DNA from: Gemmatimonadota bacterium
GTDB lineage: Bacteria > Gemmatimonadota > Gemmatimonadetes > Gemmatimonadales > GWC2-71-9
Length of the DNA: 64,000 bases
Reading direction: 5' to 3'
Assembly (NCBI GenBank): GCA_020351775.1
Contig: CP070666.1
Span: forward strand, 4,723,138 to 4,787,137
The position numbers and the translations under genes were made by a program. Below are positions 11,001 to 20,044 of the stretch, piece by piece. A model generated the notes under the pieces. That model did no database searches. It saw only the letters and a program-made list of their open reading frames with translations, and had not been told where the DNA came from. Position 1 is the first letter of the stretch; each line of letters begins with the position of its first letter.

Positions 11001-11537
11001 GGGACTCAAAAGTACGAACGCCATACCCGCCACAGTGGCACCGGCCAGGAAACCGGACGATGTAGCGAGTCCTTTGCGTTCTACACGGTTCCCCTCCTCT
11101 ACCGCTACACAACGCTCTATGGCTTGACGCAGCATGCGCCTCACCAGCTCCGGTGAATGCCCCGCGCGCTCCAACTTCTCGGCATCGTCACCGAACTGCA
11201 CACCGCTCAAGACGTAGCCATGCAACGAGGGTTCGTGCTCCTCGAGATAGAGCGCCACTCGCTCGTCCGACACCTTCCGCGCGAGTGGTATTATGAGGAA
11301 TCTCACGAGCAGTGCCATCAGAGTCCCGTACGTCAGAACCTGGAAGACAGCTACGGCGGCTGGCGTGAAGCGGAAGTAGTCCATGCCATAGGCCGAGATC
11401 AGGAAGGAGACGATCCCCCCCGCAAGCAAGATGCCGAGGCCGCGCAGCACAATGCGGAGGCGCCATCTGTTCCTGACCGACCGGATCATCCCTATGAGAT
11501 CGCTGTGGCTGGACGCTTCAAACAGCATTCGCATCAA
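8085..11537 (-). CDS. Large membrane-anchored coiled-coil protein (DUF4175-like), last gene of MoxR operon
   Basis: Three N-terminal TM segments, Ig-like beta region, long Q/E/R coiled coils with poly-Gly linkers, C-terminal VPEGYRELVDQYYRELS. Confidence 0.7.
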   Translation of the reverse strand: MMRMLFEASSHSDLIGMIRSVRNRWRLRIVLRGLGILLAGGIVSFLISAYGMDYFRFTPAAVAVFQVLTYGTLMALLVRFLIIPLARKVSDERVALYLEEHEPSLHGYVLSGVQFGDDAEKLERAGHSPELVRRMLRQAIERCVAVEEGNRVERKGLATSSGFLAGATVAGMAFVLLSPGFLEHSAPFLLTPWNEAATTNPYSITVVPGNVTVARGADLRITAILQNFNSNEVDLAVKRSGESQWDRWPMTVDEETGEFALLLFDLSEQTEYYVEASSVRSPLFRIDVADLPYVDQIDVEYHFPAYTGLSPQRQENTGDIAALRGTRVELRVTATMPVTNGVLVLDDRDTIPLQPGEEGLLKGTMNIRDPGQYRVLLQGFEGDLVVASPDYIIDVLTDQSPVVSFSKPGRDITVTSVEEVFTELQAEDDYGLARLELIYSVNGGAQDTVLLFGGGSVRKQVTASHTMFIEELELEPGDLISYYGRVSEADRGPDTQGAMTDIYFMEVRPFEREYRQGEQPPGMSGGGGAGEMSGDLSRRQRDIIAGTFRMVRDRDEYTDAEYNENLVTLALAQGRLREEVEVLVQRINTRGIVQLDSTFRAIAEELPQAIEAMEAAEEELGERDAPEALPPEQRALQHLQRAEAAYREVQVSRGSGGGGGGGGQESDMEDLADLFDLELDRMRNQYEQIQRGQQEQVDQELDEITQKLRELARRQQQENERMRAAQQNLQNQAGGGGGGQSQRRLAEEAEELARQLERLSREQGRPELEETVRNLQEAAEAMRRAASNSRNSGVAQGVEALDQLREARRLMDQNRTGRLQRDVQDALRRAQRLAQEQQETQQDVADLSMDARTRAEQINRLRQRKEAMAQEVAGIEAELEQMSRESQGEQQEAARELREAAASIRDNKLREKILYSRGVIEQGSPEYARNLEDQIASNIDELTERIAAGLDAIGESREQRLARSLDRTRDAVNALESLNERMRAAAEQGSEQSQQGQQGQQGRQGQSEGGGDERTAMPPSMGGGGGGQARLLPGDVRQFQRELRERQNELSELRDELRREDVDVDDLGEVIAGIRDFQRELGEPLGLDELELEVIQGLKDFEFNLRKELLGEAAAERLYLAGSDDVPEGYRELVDQYYRELSRRGGGGNR

Positions 11538-11571
11538 CCTTCTCCTGTTCCAGTAGTCGTGAGTCCCCTAC

Positions 11572-13665
11572 TCATGGATTCCTGCGTGAGACCCGGTTCG
11601 ATATCGCCGATTCGGCCACGAGAATCGCCAGGACTGATATCAAGAGATACCACCAAAGTGCCTGTCTTCGTTCCTTCTCAGTGGGTGTGAGCGTGGCCGC
11701 CAGGTCGGCGGCGGCCTGGCCGGCTCCCCGATACGTCACTGAACTGGCCAACTCCTCGGCGTCGAGTCGCGATAGGTTCGACTCGGTCACATCGAGGTTC
11801 ACGGCAATCGCACCAACCACGTCATTGTCTCCGGCATGCCGGATCTCGTAGAAGCCTTGTTCAGCAAGTGTCAGGTACTCCGTCGTAGATCCGATTTGTC
11901 TCACCTCCCGTTCGCCCGCAGGTGACTCGATGATGATGTCGACCCCAGTGCCCAGTACGGATACGGTGCCATCGACCACACCTTGCGCCAAATATTGTGA
12001 GAGGTCCAAGACCTGTCCTGCGATGAACCACGATTCTCGGGGCGCGTACCGAGCCAGATGTCGGACCACTTGGTGCAGGGTCGGCAGGAACACCGGTTGC
12101 AACGGCAAATCGTTCCAAGAGTTGGAAAGCCCTGACGCCCACACCAGCATCTTGCCGCGACCTACTCTTGTTTCGGCCAACGCGATGTTGCCGTCATCGA
12201 ACCTAGCGAGCACCGCAGACCGCCCCTCGTCTTGGATCCGACGGTATCTGAAGTAGCGTGCTTGAGAGAAATCGCCGCTCCTGGGAGCGCTGAACACATC
12301 GAACACGGGGTGCTTATAGTCCATTATGCTCAACGTGCCGCCGCGGTCCCCCAGTCGATCTACCGGCACGCCAATAGCACCCGGCAGCAGATCTGCGGCA
12401 TCCTGCGGCCACGAACTGGGACCGGACCGTGGTCCCAGCACCGCCATCACCCCACCTCCATCGTTCAAGAAGCGTCGCAGCCGCGTGCCGCTGGTCCCCG
12501 TCGGGAACGGCGCATCGTTCAGTATCACCACCGAGTTGGCGTCGAGATCAGACGGTCGCAGTGCGCTGATCGGTTTGACGGTCACTGTGTGCGGTGGCTC
12601 ACTACCTATGCTCAGGGCGCGGTGCAGATAGAGACTCTCGTCTCGGCCGGCATTGGCATGTTCCAGAATGAGAACCGAGATACTCTGGCCCGGCGAGAGC
12701 ACGAAACGGAACACATTGTCCAGCGGCAGAGCGTCGGCAGCCAGCTGGACCGATCCGCGGACTTCACGCCGCGGCATGGCAAACGAGGGAAATCGCACGG
12801 TCGCCGAGCCATTGGCATCGACGCTCACTCCTTGGCTGCCCACTTGGTCACCGTCCAGCAGCAGTCCGATCTGAGCGTTCTTGAGTGAGTCTTCTCCCTG
12901 ATTGGCCACGCGGGCCAGCACTGCCACCAGCTCGCGGCCGTCGCGGTAGATGCGGTCGAGCGTCAGATTCGTGACGGCGATGTTAGCTGGATCGGGCTCC
13001 GCCACGTCGATCAACTGCAGCTCCGTACCCGTGGGAAGCTGGATCTCTGCCTCCTGTTGCCAACCGACTTTCTGGAAGTCCGTCACCAGGATCGCCTCGC
13101 GATTGGGCAGTTGGCTCTCGGCGAGAATCTGCTCTGCCAGCTGAAGCGGCGTTGCGTAGCGTGTGGTCCCATTACTCAGCTCGGCCGCATCGAGCGCGGC
13201 CCTCAACGCTGCACCATCGCCCATCGCATCACTCACCGCCGTGGCGTGATCCGAGAACAGAACCAGGGTTGCTCGGTCTTCGGGTCCGAGTCCGTCGATC
13301 ACGCCATGGGCTGCATCGAGCGCCCGCGACCAACGGTCGCCGTATCCCATGCTGTACGACCGATCAACCATCAATACCACTTCCCGAGCCGTTTCCAATC
13401 CGATCCCGCCCACAGCGGCGTTCTCCAGCAAAGGACGGGCAAACGCCACCACGAGAATCACGATAGCGGAACTGCGCAACAAGAAGAGCAGCCAGTGTCT
13501 GATGCGCTGACGCCGCGCGGTCTTGTACGGCACACGGCGGAGAAACATCAGAGACGGGAAGGGTATCGCCTCTTTCTTGGTCTTCTGCGTGAGGTGAATG
13601 ATGACCGGTATCGCCAGTGCCGCTAGACCAGCCAGGAACAGCGGCGCGAGCAATGAGATTCCCAT
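11572..13665 (-). CDS. BatA-domain + VWA membrane protein
   Basis: N-terminal LAALAIPVIIHL...FPSLMFL (BatA double TM), ARP, MIDAS DRSYS, C-terminal TM; TGATG overlap with upstream DUF58 gene. Confidence 0.85.
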   Translation of the reverse strand: MGISLLAPLFLAGLAALAIPVIIHLTQKTKKEAIPFPSLMFLRRVPYKTARRQRIRHWLLFLLRSSAIVILVVAFARPLLENAAVGGIGLETAREVVLMVDRSYSMGYGDRWSRALDAAHGVIDGLGPEDRATLVLFSDHATAVSDAMGDGAALRAALDAAELSNGTTRYATPLQLAEQILAESQLPNREAILVTDFQKVGWQQEAEIQLPTGTELQLIDVAEPDPANIAVTNLTLDRIYRDGRELVAVLARVANQGEDSLKNAQIGLLLDGDQVGSQGVSVDANGSATVRFPSFAMPRREVRGSVQLAADALPLDNVFRFVLSPGQSISVLILEHANAGRDESLYLHRALSIGSEPPHTVTVKPISALRPSDLDANSVVILNDAPFPTGTSGTRLRRFLNDGGGVMAVLGPRSGPSSWPQDAADLLPGAIGVPVDRLGDRGGTLSIMDYKHPVFDVFSAPRSGDFSQARYFRYRRIQDEGRSAVLARFDDGNIALAETRVGRGKMLVWASGLSNSWNDLPLQPVFLPTLHQVVRHLARYAPRESWFIAGQVLDLSQYLAQGVVDGTVSVLGTGVDIIIESPAGEREVRQIGSTTEYLTLAEQGFYEIRHAGDNDVVGAIAVNLDVTESNLSRLDAEELASSVTYRGAGQAAADLAATLTPTEKERRQALWWYLLISVLAILVAESAISNRVSRRNP

Positions 13666-14558
13666 CAGCGGACCCGACTCATCCGTTCCCGACGGGACAG
13701 GTATTCGAATAGGGCATAGTCCAGCGGCTTCGAGGTCACGAATCGGCAGTAGTCGATCCCGTTCGCCACCAAGCGTTGGGAAAGCGTGTCCAGGTGTTCA
13801 CCCATCAGCGAGCGATATTGCTCGCGCAATGTCTCAGGCACCACTGGGATCCGCTCGCCACTCTCCAAATCTTCAAAGTGAGCCGCCTCGGCAAATGGAA
13901 ACTCGATCTCGGCAGGATCGAGCACGTGGAACACGATGATGTCGTTCCCCCTGTGCCGCAACCTGCTGAGGGCCTTGACGACCCTAGCAGGATCCTCGTA
14001 GAGGTCCGAGATCAGCACGAGGATGCTTCGTCGACGCAGGATTTCGGCGACCTTCAGCAGAGGTTCTTCGAACTTACCGCTACGTCGCGAGTCGAGCGTG
14101 TCGATCTTGTGCAGCACGATGTCCAGATGCTTGGCTGACGCCGGTACGTAATCGACGATGTCCTGGTCGAAAATCACGATACCGACGCGGTCGCGCTGTT
14201 GGCGCGAGAAATAGGAGAGGCACGCAGCGAGATAGCGACCGTAGTCCAGTTTGCTCAGGCCGTTGCTCGAGTAATCCATGGAACGCGATATGTCGAGCAG
14301 AACGAGGAAGTTGGCATTCGTGTCGGCCTCGTATTCCTTGACATAAAATCGGTCTGTCCGACCGAAGACCCTCCAATCGACCCGCCTGATGTCATCGCCC
14401 GGCATGTAGGGCCGGTGTTCGGCGAAGTCCACCGACAAGCCGAAGTACGGCGAGTGGTGCAGGCCATTGATGAACCCATCCACCACCGTTCTGGCCAGCA
14501 AGTCCAGGCTGTCGATTCTGGCCAGGACCTTGGGGTCGAGGAATTGAGAGGTCTTCAC
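13665..14558 (-). CDS. DUF58 family protein (VWA-like MoxR partner)
   Basis: GLHHSPYFGLSVDFAEHRPYMPGDDIRRVDW, MIDAS DISRS, ISDLY. Confidence 0.92.
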   Translation of the reverse strand: MKTSQFLDPKVLARIDSLDLLARTVVDGFINGLHHSPYFGLSVDFAEHRPYMPGDDIRRVDWRVFGRTDRFYVKEYEADTNANFLVLLDISRSMDYSSNGLSKLDYGRYLAACLSYFSRQQRDRVGIVIFDQDIVDYVPASAKHLDIVLHKIDTLDSRRSGKFEEPLLKVAEILRRRSILVLISDLYEDPARVVKALSRLRHRGNDIIVFHVLDPAEIEFPFAEAAHFEDLESGERIPVVPETLREQYRSLMGEHLDTLSQRLVANGIDYCRFVTSKPLDYALFEYLSRRERMSRVR

Positions 14559-15583
14559 ATTCCAGACTGCGGAATTGGAACGACGTCCAGCAGCTGATCG
14601 ACCAACTGATCCGTCGTCACCTGTTCCGACTCGGCGTGGAAGTTAGTCAAGATCCTATGACGCAGTACCGGATGCGCCAGAGCCTTGATATCGTCGAAGT
14701 GCACCTGATACTCGCCATTCATCAGAGCCCGCGCCTTGGCTCCGAGAATCAGATACTGCGCCGCCCTAACACTGGCGCCATAGGACACCCACTGCTTGAT
14801 GAAATCGGGTGCCCCGTTCTCGCTGGGGCGGCTGGTCCGGGCCAGATCCACCGCGTACTTCAGGACCGGATCGGACACGGGAACTTTCCGGACCAGCTGC
14901 TGGAACGCGACAATGTCCGAGCCCGTAACCGCGTGCTCGAACTCGTGTTGCTGGATCGCCGTTGTACTGCGCACGACCTCCATCTCCTCCTCGTGCGGGA
15001 GATAATCCATGATTATGTTGAACATGAACCGGTCCAGCTGTGCTTCCGGCAATGGATATGTGCCTTCCAGCTCGATTGGGTTCTGCGTGGCGAAAACGAA
15101 GAACGGCTCTTCCAGAGTGTAGGTGCGCCCCTGCACCGTCACCCGATGTTCTTGCATCGCCTCCAACAACGCCGCCTGGGTCTTGGGCGGTGTCCGATTG
15201 ATTTCGTCAGCCAGAATGATATTGGCGAACACGGGGCCCGGCATGAAGAGCATGCGACGCTGGCCGGTTTCCGGATCTTCCTGCACCAGGTCGGTGCCCG
15301 TGATATCCGACGGCATGAGGTCGGGCGTGAACTGGATACGTGAAAACTTGAGATCCAGCACCTGTGCAATGGTGTGAATCAACAGAGTCTTGGCCAATCC
15401 CGGGACACCGACTATGAGGCTGTTACCACCCACGAACAGCGATAGCAACACCTGTTCGATCACGTCTTCTTGGCCTACGATTAGCTTGCGCAGCTCGGCC
15501 ATAACCCGCGCTCGCCCTGCCTTGAGTCGGTCAGCCAGTTCGATGTCGCCGGTTGCTTGCAGTGAAGCAGGTTGTGTCGTCAT
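14555..15583 (-). CDS. moxR: MoxR family AAA+ ATPase
   Basis: Walker A GVPGLAKT, RIQFTPDLMPSDITG, Walker B LADEINR, EGTYPLPEAQLDRF. Confidence 0.95.
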   Translation of the reverse strand: MTTQPASLQATGDIELADRLKAGRARVMAELRKLIVGQEDVIEQVLLSLFVGGNSLIVGVPGLAKTLLIHTIAQVLDLKFSRIQFTPDLMPSDITGTDLVQEDPETGQRRMLFMPGPVFANIILADEINRTPPKTQAALLEAMQEHRVTVQGRTYTLEEPFFVFATQNPIELEGTYPLPEAQLDRFMFNIIMDYLPHEEEMEVVRSTTAIQQHEFEHAVTGSDIVAFQQLVRKVPVSDPVLKYAVDLARTSRPSENGAPDFIKQWVSYGASVRAAQYLILGAKARALMNGEYQVHFDDIKALAHPVLRHRILTNFHAESEQVTTDQLVDQLLDVVPIPQSGM

Positions 15584-15594
15584 TTCTCCCCGAC

Positions 15595-16377
15595 TCAGTG
15601 AGTCATTGCGTAAACGATGTAGTTGATACCGAGCTTGTATGCCTCATTGGACAGCGGGATTGGATACCAACCCTGGTCTGACCATTCCCAATAGTCTCCG
15701 ATGTCTGCGTTGTAATTCGCTATCACCAGCAGCCGCTTGTCCGGGTCATTGTCTTCGAAGATCCCCCAGAACTCTGCATACACAGGCTGATATGGATGTC
15801 TCAATTCGAGCGAGTCGATCTCGAAGAACGAATGGAAAATGGGATGCGAGAAATCGAGCCGCACCGGCCGTGCGTCGGGTAGCACCTGCAGCATGCCGCG
15901 TTCGAAGATGGACCATTCATACGCTCCACCATAGTAGCTGTCTGCGAAATCATCGAAGATGAGGAACCCACCCTTCAACAAGTAGTTGCGTAGCCCCGCC
16001 GCTTCCTCGCCCGCCAACGTCCAGTGCCCCGGCTCCGAAACATACGCCACCGGGTACTTGAGCAGTTCCGGGTCATCCGCAGCGAGTATGTTACTGCCTT
16101 CCATGAACGGCCGGACGTCAGTGAGTTCGCGCAGGAGCTTAACCAGGTTGGTTTCCGCGTACGGCCAATCGTGATCCCACCAGTACTGTGACCGACGTCT
16201 TCTTCTTCCACCCCAACCGTCGTTCAATGGTGTGAAGCTCAAGCGCACGAAGGTGAACCGGCCATCATAGGGCACGTTGAACTCGGTGAAGTCGGATCCC
16301 CCCTCCCAGTAGATCTGGGCCTCAGCGGGCTCGGCGACCAACACCACCAAGAACAGTACAAACGCAGCGTATCTCAC
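15595..16377 (-). CDS. Exported DUF4159 protein
   Basis: Signal peptide; WWDHDWPYAETNL, LRNYLLKGGFLIFDDF, HPIFHSFFEI, AYKLGINYIVYAMTH. Confidence 0.85.
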   Translation of the reverse strand: MRYAAFVLFLVVLVAEPAEAQIYWEGGSDFTEFNVPYDGRFTFVRLSFTPLNDGWGGRRRRRSQYWWDHDWPYAETNLVKLLRELTDVRPFMEGSNILAADDPELLKYPVAYVSEPGHWTLAGEEAAGLRNYLLKGGFLIFDDFADSYYGGAYEWSIFERGMLQVLPDARPVRLDFSHPIFHSFFEIDSLELRHPYQPVYAEFWGIFEDNDPDKRLLVIANYNADIGDYWEWSDQGWYPIPLSNEAYKLGINYIVYAMTH

Positions 16378-19049
16378 AGCCGTCTCACCTGGTTTCCGTT
16401 TCCCGTCTCGATCCGACTATGGATCTCGAGTAGCAGATCTTGAGCCTTCTGAAAGTTGGGCGCGTCCTCAAGCGCACGCAGCACCGCACGCCGAGCGTTT
16501 TCGATATCACCCGCATCGAAGTAGACGCGGGCCAGTTGGTACTGTGCTTCGGCCCGGTCGACGGGATTGAGCGCCAGGACCGCCTTGCGTTCCCGGATCG
16601 CTCTGGTCCACTCACTCAGTCCAGCGTACAGCTCGGCGAGCTTCAGGTGCAGATCAATACCCATCGGATCGATGTACACGGCCTGTTGCAGTGCCGCTGC
16701 CGCACCGCGTCTATCATTCAGCGCCTCGCGCAACTCCGCCAGTTCCATGCGGGCTGCGTAGTTGCGCTCGTTGATCGCTGTCAAGTGATCCAGCTCGGCC
16801 GCTGCCCGCTCAAGTCCACCCTGTTCCTTGTAGATCCGGGCTAGATGCCAGTAGGGACTGTCATCGCCGGCATATTCGGGAAACAGCGATTTGGCTTGCT
16901 CCAGGTAGCCAATCGCCTCGTGTGGCCTGCCCTGCTCTACCAGCAAGGTCCCCATAGCGAGCTGTGCCACGAAGTCGTCGGGTTGCCGGCGCGCCCGGTC
17001 GGCAATCTCCTCGCGAGATCGATGCGGCGGGTCATCCGACGACGCAGTGCTGCGCAGTGCCGCCAGCGGGCCCGCGAACCGCTCCTGCAGATAGTCGTCG
17101 AATACGGTGTCGAACTCCTCGATATCCATTGCGAGCACGGATTCGAACGCGCTCGTTATGGACCGACCGGCACCGAACTCCTCGAGCAGCTCGACCAGCG
17201 TCTGGAACCCGTGTTCGCGCTCTATCAACTCGCATACAAGTGAAGCCTGATAGTAGGAGTGCCCGATCTGTTCCGGATAAGCGGGCCGCATGAAACCGTC
17301 ATTCAACTTGCTCACCGGGACCAGCCTCCCCTGGAGGTAGGCCACCAGGAAACCGGGATTCACATCGTCTCCCCAACCCGGTCGGGCCCGGCGTTCCTCG
17401 TACACGGCCAGGCCCTCGGTGAACCACCGTGGCACGCGATGGTCACTGATACCCATGTGGAAGGTGTGCGCCAACTCGTGCCACAGAGTCGAGCCCCAGT
17501 TGAAATCTCCCGTCTCGCGAGCCGATGGTGAGTCCATTGCAACCACCGGACCGAAGCTCACGCCCAAGGCTCCCAGGCCCGTCAAGCCGACGGTGCGTAC
17601 CGAGAAATCTTCGTGGTTGGGGAACACCTCCACCCTGACGGGAGTCGCCGCCCGGAAACCGTACTTCGCGGCCAAGCTATCATACGCTTCCTCCGCCAAC
17701 TCCCCGAAGTAAAGCGACAGCAACCCCGCCTCACCCGCATCCATGGCGAAGTTGAACCGCTCGGTGCTCGTCTCGGTGTACTGAACCAGGGTATCGAGTA
17801 GATCCAGAGTATTCTTGGTCCAGGGATCGTGCGGATCACCCTCGAACGCAGTCTCCAGGTTTTCCCGTCCGGCCCGCATCCGGCCGGTCCGCATCTGGTT
17901 GATGCCGAGTAGCGTGAAGCCACGCCAGGAAGTGGGGTCTAGCTCCACCGCACGCTGTGCGAACTCGACTGCCTCAGCGTACAACCTGGTGCGAACGCAC
18001 GCCTCGGCAAGCGTATTGTAGAGTCCACCATACCGCGGATTGAGCTGCAGTACTTGGCGCTCTGCGGCGGCGAACCCTGCTTCGTCACCTTGCAGGAACC
18101 GGGCAGCCGCCAGAACCGACAAGGCCTCGAGCGATGTCGGGTTCACGTCCAGCGCACGCTCGAGCTCCACGAGCGCCCTCTGGTAGTCTTCACTCTCGAG
18201 CAGCAACTGGGCCAGAAACACCCTGGCTGCAACCAGATTGGGGTTCACTTCGAGAGCCCGCTCGGCCGTGTCGAAGGCGCCGGGCATGCCCGCCGATTTG
18301 AACGTGCGTGCGAGCCCCAGTAGCGCACGGGGATGACCTGGGCTCTGTTCCAGAATGGCGGCGAATGTCTCCTCCGCCAAGTCGAAGCGGTACCGTTCAA
18401 GAAACAACTCACCAACCCAGACCTGCGGTTCTAGATCACCCGGATCAGCGGCGATCGCCTCGTCGTATGCCCGCAGCGCGTCTTGAGCCAGTTGCCAATC
18501 CTGCAGGCTCAGGTAACGTACCGCTCCTGCCACCGCCCTCAGTTCGGCGGCTGTGAGGCCTTCACCCCGATTGTAAACGTCGATGAATCGGTCGAACTCC
18601 CGGCGCGCAGCTTCAATTGCACCGCTCTCGTAGTGTTGCGCCGCCAAGTTGTAGCGGGCCAGCAGGCTGTCGGACGCGGCGCCGCTTGCCCGTCGGAACG
18701 CGTCCTCGGCGCCCTCCCGATCACCCCTGAGATAGAGCACTTCGCCCAAGGCGTTGGCCAGTTCCGCCGAGTTGGGATTCCCGCGGGAGAAGCGCTGCGC
18801 TGCCTGCTGCGCGTCTTCGTAGCGACCGACCTCGACGAGAGCCGCGACGAGACCGCGCGCCGCCTCGGCCGACGACGTCTGGCGCCGCGTGACACGGGAG
18901 AACATCGCTATGGCATCATTGTAGCGGCCCGAGCGGAATGCAGTTCGGGCCTCTGTAACGGTCTGCGCATGGAGCGGTTGCCAAGGCAGCGAGAGGACGA
19001 GAAACAGCCAAACGGTCGCGGGCCGAATGTACTGCTGGGGGCTACTCAT
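16374..19049 (-). CDS. Exported TPR-repeat protein with central zinc peptidase (MA-clan/gluzincin-like) domain
   Basis: Signal peptide; many TPR-like helices; LWHELAHTFH (HExxH) followed by PRWFTEGLAVYEE. Confidence 0.85.
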   Translation of the reverse strand: MSSPQQYIRPATVWLFLVLSLPWQPLHAQTVTEARTAFRSGRYNDAIAMFSRVTRRQTSSAEAARGLVAALVEVGRYEDAQQAAQRFSRGNPNSAELANALGEVLYLRGDREGAEDAFRRASGAASDSLLARYNLAAQHYESGAIEAARREFDRFIDVYNRGEGLTAAELRAVAGAVRYLSLQDWQLAQDALRAYDEAIAADPGDLEPQVWVGELFLERYRFDLAEETFAAILEQSPGHPRALLGLARTFKSAGMPGAFDTAERALEVNPNLVAARVFLAQLLLESEDYQRALVELERALDVNPTSLEALSVLAAARFLQGDEAGFAAAERQVLQLNPRYGGLYNTLAEACVRTRLYAEAVEFAQRAVELDPTSWRGFTLLGINQMRTGRMRAGRENLETAFEGDPHDPWTKNTLDLLDTLVQYTETSTERFNFAMDAGEAGLLSLYFGELAEEAYDSLAAKYGFRAATPVRVEVFPNHEDFSVRTVGLTGLGALGVSFGPVVAMDSPSARETGDFNWGSTLWHELAHTFHMGISDHRVPRWFTEGLAVYEERRARPGWGDDVNPGFLVAYLQGRLVPVSKLNDGFMRPAYPEQIGHSYYQASLVCELIEREHGFQTLVELLEEFGAGRSITSAFESVLAMDIEEFDTVFDDYLQERFAGPLAALRSTASSDDPPHRSREEIADRARRQPDDFVAQLAMGTLLVEQGRPHEAIGYLEQAKSLFPEYAGDDSPYWHLARIYKEQGGLERAAAELDHLTAINERNYAARMELAELREALNDRRGAAAALQQAVYIDPMGIDLHLKLAELYAGLSEWTRAIRERKAVLALNPVDRAEAQYQLARVYFDAGDIENARRAVLRALEDAPNFQKAQDLLLEIHSRIETGNGNQVRRL

Positions 19050-20044
19050 CGAGGCTCAACACCTTTCTCCCGCTCTCTGATCGCGCGAGAGACGCGGGCC
19101 AGCTCGAGCAGCAACCCCTCCAATTCCTGTCCGTACACCTCCGGATCTATCGATTCCTTGCGGCCGCGCAGATCGGCGACAGCCTGCTGCAATACGCGTT
19201 GTCTGCTCAGCAGCTCAGCCAGTTGCGGATCCGCAGTAGCGACTGCCGTAGCCGCATCTGCTCCCTCCAACACGAACTGACGGGCCAGTGCTCCGTCAGC
19301 TACGCTCGGATCTGGTTCGGCACTGCCTTCTCCGTCGCCGTTGTCGTCCAGCTGAGCGTGCTCTGTGAGGATACGGTCATCACTCTCGTACGCCCGCCGC
19401 AATTCGAGCCTGGCATAGTTAAATGCCTCGAGAACTGACACTCGCTCGTCCTTATCCACATCCGCTACGTCTTCCGCAAAAGCCTGCACGAAATACTGAC
19501 AGAAGACGGTCTCATTGCGTTCGAACGGCGATTTCGTGGCGGTAATGATGGTCCTCCCGGGCGCAGAGAGTTCCTTGACGAAGTCTCCACTGGCACTGGT
19601 TGTGTTGACCAGGACAACTCGCTGTGCCGTGAATTGATCCAGTACTATCGCGAAGTCGGCAGCAGACATATCAGGGCCGGGCAAGCTGAACAGCGATCGG
19701 TCTCCCTGATAGCTGCCGTGCCCTATGAGCAGGATCAGCACCCCTTCACCGGGCTCCAGACCGGCAGCCAACTCCGCCAGCGTTCCCTGCACATTCTCCT
19801 TCGTAGACCTGGCAGTTATGCTTTCGAAATCGAGCGATTCCTTCTCAGCCAGGTACGTTATGTTTGCTTCCGGGACAGCGAACCGCTGCCGTGCGGCATC
19901 GATGAGAGTCATGGCCCACCGATGGAATTTCTCGCGGTGGGCCTGATCTCCACCAAGACCGCTCACAATGACAAGGTGGGTCTGGGACGCGGCCGGCTGC
20001 GCGAGCGCGAGCAGTGATAGTGCGAGCGCTGCGAACGGCTTCAT
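19046..20044 (-). CDS. Exported caspase/legumain (clan CD, C13-like) fold protein with C-terminal coiled coil
   Basis: Start at ATG 20044 (ATGA overlap) gives signal peptide MKPFAALALSLLALAQPAAS; LLIGHGS and VNTTSASG occupy the His and Cys positions of clan CD proteases. Confidence 0.6.
   Translation of the reverse strand: MKPFAALALSLLALAQPAASQTHLVIVSGLGGDQAHREKFHRWAMTLIDAARQRFAVPEANITYLAEKESLDFESITARSTKENVQGTLAELAAGLEPGEGVLILLIGHGSYQGDRSLFSLPGPDMSAADFAIVLDQFTAQRVVLVNTTSASGDFVKELSAPGRTIITATKSPFERNETVFCQYFVQAFAEDVADVDKDERVSVLEAFNYARLELRRAYESDDRILTEHAQLDDNGDGEGSAEPDPSVADGALARQFVLEGADAATAVATADPQLAELLSRQRVLQQAVADLRGRKESIDPEVYGQELEGLLLELARVSRAIREREKGVEPR

Noticed and set aside
19452-19460. Isolated perfect DnaA box TTATCCACA
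   Set aside because: It lies inside a CDS (codons for D-V-D-K on the minus strand) with no companion boxes; a single chance hit is plausible.
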